Shown here: piece by piece, positions 38,030 to 48,142 of the stretch
Layout: each line of letters starts with the position of its first letter
How positions within the stretch are numbered: the first letter of the stretch is position 1
NCBI RefSeq assembly: GCF_018977255.1
Contig: NW_024704743.1
Span: 58,468,001-58,532,000 of the forward strand
Reading direction: 5' to 3'
Length of the DNA: 64,000 nucleotides
DNA from: Callorhinchus milii
Taxonomy: Eukaryota
Made by a program: the position numbers and the translations under genes
Notes under the pieces: generated by a model
The model's database searches: none
Seen by the model: the letters and a program-made list of their open reading frames with translations, nothing else
Told to the model about the DNA's origin: nothing

Positions 38030-39230
38030 AAATAATAATAATCCTTGTATTTGATTTAGAGTCTTATTACATCTTCAGGACATCCCAAAGCGCTTCACAG
38101 AGGTGGAAATGGAAGTAATACCGAGGACAGCAGCAGAAACTCCCTTCCGTTTGCTAGTGGGATCTTTTATTGACCACCTGAACAGGCAGATTAAATCTCA
38201 GTTTAGTGTCGATTTAGCGGTTTAGTGTGATGGAATCCCACCACAGTATTAAACTGTTTTTTAGATGAGTCTAGTGTCCCAGCCTCAAACACTCTCTCTG
38301 GCAACCTGTTCCAGTTGTTGATTACCCTCTGATTAAAGAAAATCTTCCTGGTGTTTGCTTTGAAATTGCCCTCTGCAACTCTAAACCTAGGGCCTCTTGT
38401 TCTACTATCCTAAAGTATTGATTTTGGTTTACTTTTTCAATCGTATTTCAAATTTTGTACACCTCTATGAAATCCCCTCTGAGTCATCTTCTCTCAAGAA
38501 ATTATTGTACGCAAATTGGCTGGCATGTTCACCTACAAATACCCGGTCACTCCTCTTCACAGTAAATTCTGTGAGTCACTTTGGGACGTCCACCTGGAGT
38601 GAAAAGTGTTATATCAAATCCAAGTATTATTATTTATAGGATTTTTAAAATCCAAGTTTGCGCTTCGCAGGTAATTGGAACAAAGTATAGTGACTGTGTT
38701 TGTGAGTGAACATGGAAGCCAATTGGCAACAACAACGGCAAAAACAACAACTTACATTTATAGAGCGTCCTTCATGCAAATAACATCTCTAAGCACTTAA
38801 CGGTGGTATGCTGTGACCCTGAGCCAGAAAGGGAGGGGAGGTAACTGAAAGTATGGTCAAAGCTGAAAGTGTTCAGGTGTGATTTGAAGATAGACAAAGA
38901 GAGAAAAAGATGGAGGGTTTGAGACAAGGAATTCCAGAGATACCGGAATGGCATACTGTACTGGCACACAGGAATGTCCCCGAAACAGTCTTGAAATGAT
39001 CAATTTATATGACGGACTGTTGGCCAGAACAATAGGAAGAAACAACCTTCTTGTTTGAAACAATGTCATAAGATCTTTAATGTCCTTGGATGGGATCTAA
39101 ATTTAACGTCTCATCTGAAGGAAAGCACATCCAATAATGTAACGTTCCCCCAGCCTTCACTTTGAACTCAAAGGCACCCTCACATTCTTACATAAAGATG
39201 AGAGTGCTTCCAACTGAGTCAGACTGACAA
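38030..39230. mobile_element. Mosaic of degraded SINE, CR1 and L2 fragments
   Basis: SINE tails (~38030-38100, ~38500-38640), CR1 antisense (~38270-38500), L2 3' antisense (~38735-38945), Deu-SINE antisense (~38960-39230). Confidence 0.65.
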
Positions 39231-39597
39231 CTGAGACAAGTTGACAGCTCATCATAAAAAAAACTAATTACCCTTAAGAAAATAATAAGTTGAGTCAAAT
39301 GAATTGAGAACATGAAAGTGCAAGTATTAACATTNAAAAAATGAAGCCTACTGGACAGATGATTTTAAATAAACTCCCCTCATGATAAAGAGTTGTCTCC
39401 AAAACCTTCACATTAGTTGTATTGAGTTCCACATTTCAACATCTCCTATACTGTCTATTCCTACTTATTACTGTGCTCAGCACACACTTCAGGAGTCATT
39501 TCAGTCAAATAAAGTACCCTCCTTGTCTCACTCTTTTCCATAACATTTTCAAGCATGTGTCACATTACTCAGATGTAAGTCTTCTCAACTGCCTACA

Positions 39598-39928
39598 AAT
39601 AATAATAATAATAATCCTTGCATTTGATACAGGGTTTTCACGTCGGGAGGATGTCCCAAAGCGCTTCACAGAAAACACTGTAAAGTGAATTGACTGTATA
39701 TTTGTGGGCGAACGCAGCAGCCAATTGCGCACAGCAATGTCCCACAAACAGTCATACGGATTGAAAATGACCAATTTATTATTGTTTTGTTTTTTTGGAG
39801 GGATTATTATTAGGCTCTGTGTGGAGTAAGGAAACTTGCCCAAGGTTTCGCCCTGACCTGCCTGGAATTGAACTCAGGTCTCTCACTTGCAAAGCGAGTG
39901 CTCTAACCACTGAGCTACAGGACTCCAC
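39598..39928 (-). mobile_element. Young tRNA-Ala(TGC) SINE, full length
   Basis: Near-identical reverse complement of 33519-33844. Confidence 0.96.
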
Positions 39929-40136
39929 ATAAATGGACAATTGCAATTTCCTGATACCTGTTGCAGTCGTCACCACAAAGAGTGATTCATGTCTATACTT
40001 CTTTTATTGCAGCATGATTCACCTGGCCACTTCCCTGAAGAAAACAGCAAGCAGAATCTTTCATACAGTCACTTCACACTTATTGTCAATTATTGGGACC
40101 GACTAATTAAAAAGTGACAAGTTAAGAGAAACCTAC

Positions 40137-40191
40137 CTTATTACATTTCACAAGAAGTAAATGTGCAATGACTGTAGCAGTGACCATAACC
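40137..40191 (-). CDS. Candidate 55-nt exon (xVMVTATVIAHLLLVKCNK, phase 2-0)
   Basis: Acceptor cttttttccccacaaatgcAG/G, donor AAG/GTAGGT, one open frame. Peptide not recognised. Confidence 0.22.
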
Positions 40192-40459
40192 CTGCATTTG
40201 TGGGGAAAAAAGTGCAGCATCTGCAAAAGTTTCACTCGACTACAGTGGGGATCAATAACTGAAACAGCATCTAGAGCAAAAGACTGCTATGCTGAATTCA
40301 ACCACAACACAAAAGGCAATGCATACTTTCTACATTTAGGCAATGTTACTTATAACTGAGAGAAAGATTCATGATTTTACTGTTGCTCTTTTTTCATGCT
40401 CTTTGACTTAAAAACAATTTAAATAAATTCATTAGATTCTGCTAAATGTTCTGTATCAT

Positions 40460-40830
40460 GTGTCAGCCTGTCTGCATTGATAACAGATTCTCTGAGTCAA
40501 AAAGTTGTGAGTGCAAGCCCCATGTTGGGACTTTAAACTTATGAAGTCTAGGTGCCACTGCTTAGGGTGTGCTGCATTGTTGGAGGTGCCATCCTTCAAA
40601 TGAGGTATTATACTGAGGTCTAGTCAGCATGTTTAGGTGGATTAAAGATCTATTCAAAAAGAGAAGGGAGTTTCACCGTGTTTCCTGGCTAGCAATCTAC
40701 CTGATAAAATTAATCATTCAGCTCATGGTTGTCTGTGGGACATTGCTGTGTGAAAATTAACTGCTGCATTCACTGCCAAAATATAAACTATACTTTACAA
40801 TAAATCCTGTGAAACACTTTTGAGTCATCA
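40460..40830 (+). mobile_element. Old Deu-domain SINE
   Basis: tgtcagcctg head, gtgctgcattgttggaggtgcc core. Confidence 0.82.
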
Positions 40831-41689
40831 ACAACAACCGCAGCCTGTAATTGTATAGTGTTCCAAGATGAAGGACAGCATGTTGGAGCAATGTACAGTG
40901 GCTGAAGGCACGGCCACCGATGGTGGAGTGGAAGGTTTAGGGAAAGAGCTGCAGGCCCGTGCCATCTGAGCAAAGGAGGCAGTTAGAGGTTTGTGGTATT
41001 AAACACAAAGATTATTTCTGTTAGGTGAGTTTTCGTAGAACTATATCGTAGTACTGCATGGATGCTTTTGGCCGGTCATGTCTGTAACACCCAAGACGGT
41101 GAAGATCAAGTCATCCTTTTACTGAGACCATTGTAAAGAAATTCCTTCTATCACAGACCTGAGCTGTTTCTCACACGGTGGTTAGTTGGAGTTGTCATAG
41201 AGACTGGGGGTATTGATGCAACGGACTGATCCAGATCAGTGATTGGCTAAAAGGTGTTGATCTGTGTCTCCATCTGCAAGTGAGTCAGACACTGGAAATA
41301 GAATCCGTCAATGTCTGATTAACTGCACTGAGATTTCCTATGACTTTCCAGCTTTGCTCTTTATAATTATAACAGTTACATCAAAGAACTTTGTATTGGG
41401 AGTTCAGTGATCACACTTTTAGACATCTTTCCCCTCCTCACTCTCAGCTCAGATGACCAGCGAGCAGTGCCAAGCACTTTGAGACATCCTTCCAGTGTGA
41501 AAGGCTCTATATGAATATAGATCTTATTGTGTATAGAATTGTGTATTGTATTGCATTGACTCTGAAAGTGTTGCTTCCATATGAATTAGCGATTAGCTGT
41601 TGTTTTTTTCAAAAAAGTAATGCATTCATTTATTTTCTAATTTTCTCCTCATCAACATGTGTGCCTGCTTCTCATCTGGCTGCCGCTTG

Positions 41690-41995
41690 CTGAATTACGG
41701 TTCCACCAGCACTGGTTGCCCTCCAGGACCCCTTTGTAATCCTGGGCTGTGAGTGTCGGCAGACCACTTGATTGTAAAAGGCCGAGCCTGACCACTCCCC
41801 GCCCACACACCCACACTGGTGGGTGAGAGACCTGAAGCAGGAACCCAGTTGGCTTTCCACTCGTTAACACTGGGCAGACCAGGTCCAATTTAGCCTCCCT
41901 ATTCTACCCTGAGACCAGCAAACTCAGCACAGCGCAGGATTTGAACCAGTGAGCGCCCAGTCAGAAAGCTGCAGCTTTATCCACTACATCATCAA
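41690..41995 (-). mobile_element. Second ancient tRNA-headed SINE family (non-Deu)
   Basis: Antisense reads GATGTAGTGG (A-box-like), GGTTCAAATCC (B box), then CTGTGCTGAGTT.GCTG.TCTCAG; related copies at ~60900-61160, ~24025-24175 and ~57945-58070. Confidence 0.7.
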
Positions 41996-42184
41996 GGTTA
42001 CCCCAACTGTTGATTTTTTAGGTCAAAATTGTAGAATTTCCAAACACAATCTGTTTCATGAAAATCACCAGGGATAATTAAAGAATCCTGGAATATGTCT
42101 CATACTGCAATTTTGAGGCCTTTATTTCAAAGTTCTACTAATTTTCAAATTTTATTTGACTCATTGATAGCTAAACTTAATAAA

Positions 42185-42605
42185 TAATAATCATAAATTA
42201 TCCTTGCATTTGGTATAGTGCCTTTCACATAAAGATGAAGTCTCAAAGCTCTTCACCAGATATACTGTAAAATGGAGTGACTTTGTACTTTGTGCCTGAA
42301 CACAGCAGCCAATTTTGTGCACAGCAATGTCCCACAAACAGATGGAGTGAATGACCAATTTTACTCGGGGGATTGTTGACCAAGACACCAGGAGAATCTT
42401 CTTTCTCTTTGTGAATAATGCCATGGAATTTTTAATGTCCACCTGAAGGGGCAGAAGGGACCTCAGTTTAACATCTCATCTGAAGGACGACACCTCTGCA
42501 CTGGAGTATGACCCTAGACTACATGAGTTCCTAGTCCCGAAGTGTGGCTTGACTGACGGCCCACTGACTCAAAGGTAAGAGCACTATCAAATAAGCTTGA
42601 CTAAC
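42185..42605 (-). mobile_element. Old Deu-domain SINE, near full length
   Basis: Tail, core and head all recognisable. Confidence 0.87.
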
Positions 42606-42929
42606 ATTGTATTAATGCACAGCCAACCACTGGTGCTCGCAATTCATGTTCATGACTGGAATAATTCAGCAAAGTCCTAAGATATTATGTCAGAATTTTT
42701 GCAGGATTATCTGGCATGTCACATGCTGTCAGAATACCCGATCAACAGTGCAAACAGAAGAAAACAGGACTTTAAGTGCAGATGATGCATTAAAAGAGTT
42801 AGTCTGATACGGAGCAATAGATTAAACAAATTTGACATGGTCAAATCAGGTCAATCAATATCAGGCAAGTATCAAGTGCATGTAAATGTATATTAGCCAC
42901 AGCTTAAGGTGGTCGATTTGCACAATTAG

Positions 42930-43425
42930 TGGCATTTTTACTTCTGGGTTAGAAAGTTCAAGTCCCATGTCAGGTCTGTGAGTTCACAGTCCAGGCTTAC
43001 ACACTAGTGCAGTACCGGGGTAAACCTACATGGTTGGAGGTGCCTTACTTTGGATAAGATATTAAAAAGAATATCATGTCTGCCCGCTCAAGTGGACATT
43101 AAAAACAATTATCCTTACATTTGGCATGGTGCCTTTCACGTTGGAAAGATGTCTCAAAGAGCTTCAAAAGATGTACTATAAAGTGAAATGACTGTGTGTT
43201 TCTGTGGGCAAAGATTCGATTACGCAATTCAAAGAGAAAGGAATTTCTCCAGGTACCTTGGCCAACAATCTGACATATAAAAATCGGATGTATGTGTTTG
43301 TGGAATCTTGCTGTGTACAGAATGGTTGTCGTGTTTACCTACGAATACACAATGAATTGGCTTGGCAGCTATTATCTGTGAAGTGCTTTGAGATGGGCAC
43401 TATATCAAATGCAAGGATTATTTTA
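42930..43425 (+). mobile_element. Old Deu-SINE with an antisense SINE 3' end inserted at ~43105-43209
   Basis: Core caagtggacattaaa is interrupted and resumes at aaagat. Confidence 0.78.
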
Positions 43426-43586
43426 TAACAAAACTATTTTAATAGCATATTTAAAATAATGGTGAAGGATGTCGGTGTAACGGATTACACTTATCAATTA
43501 TTACCCAGTGCCATCAATGAATGGTTGCACAATCCTAACCAGATCACCAAACACACTGTCTAACCTGAGAGATAAGGGTACAAGAC

Positions 43587-43611
43587 AGAGAGAGAGAGAG
43601 AGAATGAGAAA

Positions 43612-43661
<50 letters not shown>
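43587..43661. repeat. Interrupted (GA)n microsatellite
   Basis: Seen directly. Confidence 0.97.
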
Positions 43662-43664
<3 letters not shown>

Positions 43665-44599
43665 AAATTAAGTGACAGAGGAAAAGGGCAAGAAGAAAAA
43701 AATTACTGTGAAAAAAATATATTTTTAAAAAATCTTGTAAAATTTGATGTCTATCCAGGAATCATGTTACCTCCTTTGTTTCTGATATTAAATGCTTTCT
43801 CCCCTTTCAGAGGATTGCTGTGGACAGGCTCTTTATCCTCATAAATTATAATAAATCACGAAAGGAAATTAGGCTGTGAAAGAATATTGGATCACCGTGA
43901 GTAATTCTGCTACTTTTCTGGAGGTTATGTTATATTCCTAGGTACATTTTAATTTGAGTCCTTCCTGATGTGGACTTTTGAAATTTAAATGTAATGCAGG
44001 TTTTGCTGGTTAATTTGAAGCTCTAAGAAATGTTTGATGCTGTTTGATGCAGCAAAAGTGACATCTAATCGGCTGAAAACGACAGATGCGATTATTGGAT
44101 CTTTTCTAAGGATGAGTGTTTCCCTTGTTCTTGTTACTCTGGAGCCCGAAATTCTGGTATTCAGGACACAAATCTCTCTCCTACACTGGTTTAAAACCAC
44201 TGGTGCCTATTCATTCACCTATAGTAAGGATCACACACACACACATACAGTTACATCAGCTAGAAATGGATTCTCAGTCTGGCACTAGAATCAGGATCAG
44301 TCTCATCATTTAAAAGCAGTTCAGATGGAAGTGTTTATTATTCTTGAATGGTTTTATTATCAGGATCCGAATTATAATATTCCTAAATACATTCCATTCC
44401 TTATTTTAAAGAAACAAAGTTAAATTGCATTATGAAATTACCCCCTCATCTCCAAATAACAGTAACATCCAAACACGTCAGAAAAACAGTGGATACTGCT
44501 ATGTTGGATTCCTGATTATTCCCAAGCACCCAAATAAGCCTTTCTGAATTTATTAGGCATCACCCTGGTTCAGTTTGGTACACTCTTGCCTCTAGTCTT

Positions 44600-44950
44600 G
44601 TGGAGCTCTGTAGCGTATTGGTTAGAGCACTTGACTCGCAAGTGAGAGGACATGGGTTTGATTCCCAGGCAGGGCAATACGTTAGGCAAGTTTCCTTACT
44701 CCACATGTCTATCTACCTAGCAATAAGTAGGAACCCGGGTCCTAGTCGATTGGTGGATAGCTTTCCGGGGGTAATAATCCCTTCAAAATAATAATAATAT
44801 TTTGGTCAATCAATCCATAACTGTTTGTGGGACACTTCCATGCACCTTGTTTCTCACAGAAAAATACACAGTCAATTTACTTTACAGTATATTCGGTGAA
44901 GCGATATCTCAACGACGTGATAAGGGGCTATGTCAAATAATTATTATTAC
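44600..44950 (+). mobile_element. tRNA-Ala-headed SINE, long variant
   Basis: gtggagctctgtagc head, loop CTCGCAA, (TTA)n tail. Confidence 0.88.
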
Positions 44951-45013
44951 AAATCAGCATGTTGTTGGTTCTAGCATTACGCCAGGATTTTGAATTCACA
45001 GTCCAGGCTAACA

Positions 45014-46089
45014 TCATCATCCGCAGACATGGTGACATCATCCGCAGACATGGGGTCAACTTCCACATGGGGGCGGATGACACCCAACTGTACCTCTCTG
45101 CCTCCACCCTTGACTCCAGGACCACTGCTGTTCTGACAGAATGTCTGTTAGACATCAAGTCCTGAATGAGAGCAAACTTTCTTCAGTTGAACGTCAACAA
45201 GACCGAGGCTCTCCTGATTGGCTGCAGTCAGCGCCTCCTCACCTCAGGCACTGACAGCATCACCATCCATGGTTGCACACTCACCCTCACTGAACAAGTC
45301 CGGAACCTTGGGGTCTTGTTTGACCCTCAACTATCATTTCTGCCCCACATCCATGTCATCACCCGCTCTGACTTCTCCCACCACTGCAACGTTGTCCGGC
45401 TCCTACACTGTCTCACACCGCAGGCCACCGAAACCCTCATACACACCTTCATTACATCGAGGCTCAACTATGCAAATTCCTTACTTGTCGGCCCCCCAAC
45501 TCCTCCCTCCACAGGCTGCAGATCATCCAGAACTCTGCAGCCCGTGTCATCTCCCGCACCAAACTCCGTGACCCTATCACCCCCATCCTCACCCGACTCC
45601 ACTGGCTTCCTATCACACGGAGGATACAGTTCAAGATCCTGGTCCTCACTTTCAAATCCCTCCACAGGCTTACTCCCTCCTACCTCTCCGACCTTCTAAC
45701 CCCCTACCACCCTGTTTGCTCCATCCGCTCAGCGGGCTCCGGCCTGTTTCACAGCCCCGCTTGGGACATCCTCCCGACGTGAAAAGCGCTATAGAAATGT
45801 AATCTTGTTGTTGTTGCTTGCCCCACCATCGGCGGGCGGGCCTTCTGCCACTCTGCACCCACCCTCTGGAACTCCATCCCGCAGTCCCTCTGTCTCGCTC
45901 GCCTCCCTCGCCACCTTCAAGACACAACTCAAGACCCTCCTCTTCGACAGTGCTTTCGATCTCCCTGCTTTCACCCCTGCCCTCCCCCACCCCAAATCTC
46001 AGCTCGGGTCCATAACTCTGTCTGTCCAGCGCTTTGGGACGTCCTCCCAACGTGAAAGGTGCTATACAAATGTCATTATGTTGTTGTTG
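45014..46089 (+). mobile_element. 5'-truncated L2 (RT C-terminus to tail) containing a mini-L2 insert
   Basis: [35 protein letters not shown] on both flanks. Confidence 0.93.
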
Positions 46090-46429
46090 TAACACTCCAG
46101 TGATTTGCTGGAGAGCTCTGAGTGATGTATTCTTCTGGAGGAAATGTTAGAACAGGGTCCCATCTGCCTGTTCCAGGGGGCTTTAAGATCCCATGACACA
46201 ATTCAAAAAGATAAGGGAGTTTCTCCTGGTGTCCTAGCCAACAACTCCTGTAGATAAAATCAGTTATTTCACTACATAGCTGTGTGTGAGACACAACAAG
46301 ATACACAGTCATGTGAAGCACTTTGAGACATCCTCCCAACATAAAACAATAGGAACCCCAAGCTGGCAAGACCAGGAATTTGATTCATATAGCACGGTTC
46401 ACATAGAATAAATCTTAAGAGCACTAAAG

Positions 46430-46635
46430 GATGTAAAAGGCTGTAGATGCTCAGTCCTTGAATATTTTCAAGGCTGAGACTGACAGATTTTTTAAAAATA
46501 GAGGGATTAGGGGATATGGGGATAGGGCAGGTAATTAGAGTTAGGTCAGAAGATCACCCATGATCTTATCGAATGGCGGGGCAGGTTCGAGAGTCCGAAT
46601 GGCCTACTCCTGCTCCTAATTCTTATGTTCTTATG
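46430..46635 (+). mobile_element. CR1-clade (HER1/HE1-type) 3' end
   Basis: ttcaaggctgag...catgatcttatcgaatggcggggcagg...gaatggcctactcctgctcctaattcttatgttcttatg. Confidence 0.85.
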
Positions 46636-46747
46636 GCGGAGTGGGGGTGGGGGGCAGATGCTGAGCAAAGAGCAAAGGCGAAGGGAGAGGGCATCAAGCA
46701 AGAAATCATTTTAAAACCTGCAATGACAAAAATGTTTTTTCAAATAC

Positions 46748-46860
46748 ATAATAATAATCCTTGCATTTGATATAGCATCTAATCACGTCATTGAGGCGTC
46801 TCAAAACGCTTCACAGAATATACTGTAAAGTGGATTGACTGTGTATTTTGTGGGTGAACA
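46748..46860 (-). mobile_element. SINE 3' fragment
   Basis: aataataatccttgcatttgatatagc...gcttcacagaatatactg. Confidence 0.85.
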
Positions 46861-47314
46861 TAATCAAGTTAATGGGGTGTTACTATACAGTGACTATTTC
46901 AGGCTCTGAAGCTGGATCAGTTATATTGTTTCCAGTTTAAAGGGCAGAATGGAAAAACCATAAAATAAATGTATACAAAAGGTATACAGCAGGCAAAATC
47001 AATTTGATTTTTATGCACTTTATCTGCAAGAGCAGAAAATGGTTTCTCACTGCAGCAGAGCATTGAAGTTACTCTCATAAATCCTGCAGTCACTCATTAA
47101 ATGAAATCACCTCTGACTACAAGTGCAGCCACAGCCCCAGATTGTGCCCAGTAACTGCCAAGATTTCGCACAGGGATATGTTAAGGTCTATTCACAAACA
47201 GGTTCACAGACACTGACTCTGAGTCCCAAACAGTGAATCCTCTGATAACCTGGAACCCCGGGCCGGCAACACCAGGAATTAGATCCCGGGTGATGCAAAG
47301 GCAAGTTATCAGCA

Positions 47315-47850
47315 GAACAAAACAATAGAACAAGAGGACATAACATTAGAGTTGCAAAAGGCAATTTCAGGACTGACACCAGGAAGATTTTCTTTACCCA
47401 TAACATCAACAATAACAAAATTACACGTATATAGTGCCTTTCACGTCAGAAAGACTCCCAAGGGATTGCACCCGAGCTGGGGTTTAGAATTAAGAGGGGT
47501 GGAGAGCAAGGGGATGGGAAGGTGGCTGAAGCACGATCAAAGAAGAAAGTCTTGAAATAGGCTTTGAAGGAAGCAAGAGGGGTGGGCAAGGCAAAGGGAC
47601 TGTGGGATGGAGTTCCAACCAAAGGGTGGGGGCAGAAATGCTGAAGGCCCAACCACCAATGGTGGGGCAGGCAAGGGCCTATGGTGCGGCAGGCAGAATG
47701 CAATTAATAACTGGAACAGGTTGCAACGAAGGATGATTGAGGCCAGAACATGGGACTCATTTAAAAAAAAAAGTGATTTAAAAGTGATGCTGTGGTGGCT
47801 ATTCTGAAAAGATGAGATCAAGAGGGTCTAAGGGCCTTCATTATCTGAAC
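47315..47850 (+). mobile_element. CR1 3' fragment interrupted by an antisense L2 3' end at ~47405-47692
   Basis: RTRGHNIRV...RKIFFTH before the insert and INNWNRL...FKKK after it. Confidence 0.78.
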
Positions 47851-48029
47851 CAATTTTATGAAGAATAGCTACTTGTGACTAGGAATCCCTATTTTCGGAC
47901 TGGTTTGTGAAGATCATGCTGGGGGACTCTATTACCTCTCAATACATTTAAAGGGACTGGACAAGGCAAGGCCTGAAACGATTTGCTTTCGACAAAATTC
48001 AAGTGACTTAATCTGAAACGGTTCAGTTC

Positions 48030-48142
48030 ACATCATAGAACCATAAAATTATACAGCACAGAAGGAGGCCATTCAGTCTATCATGTCCATGCCACCTCTT
48101 TGAAAGAGCTGCCCAAATTAATTCCACTCTCCCGCTCTCATA
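48030..48142 (-). mobile_element. CR1 3' end
   Basis: catagaaccataaaattatacagcacagaaggaggccattc. Confidence 0.8.

Larger units (their letters stand above)
44558..46345 (+). mobile_element. Old Deu-SINE split into three pieces by nested insertions
   Basis: Pieces at ~44558-44599, ~44953-45013 and ~46090-46345 join into one SINE. Confidence 0.78.

Noticed and set aside
41191..41287. Second X-box, CCAAT and AP-1 cluster
   Set aside because: The X-box matches only 10 of 14 positions of the palindrome, which is plausible by chance.
43811..43896. Plus-strand exon-like segment (cctttcAG...ACC/GTGAGT)
   Set aside because: Stop codons in all three frames; at most non-coding, and unsupported.
47231..47311. 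Tigger-like mini element (CTGATAAC/GTTATCAG); also a TIR-like end at ~7552-7621
   Set aside because: Only 8-bp symmetry or a single end; too little to call.
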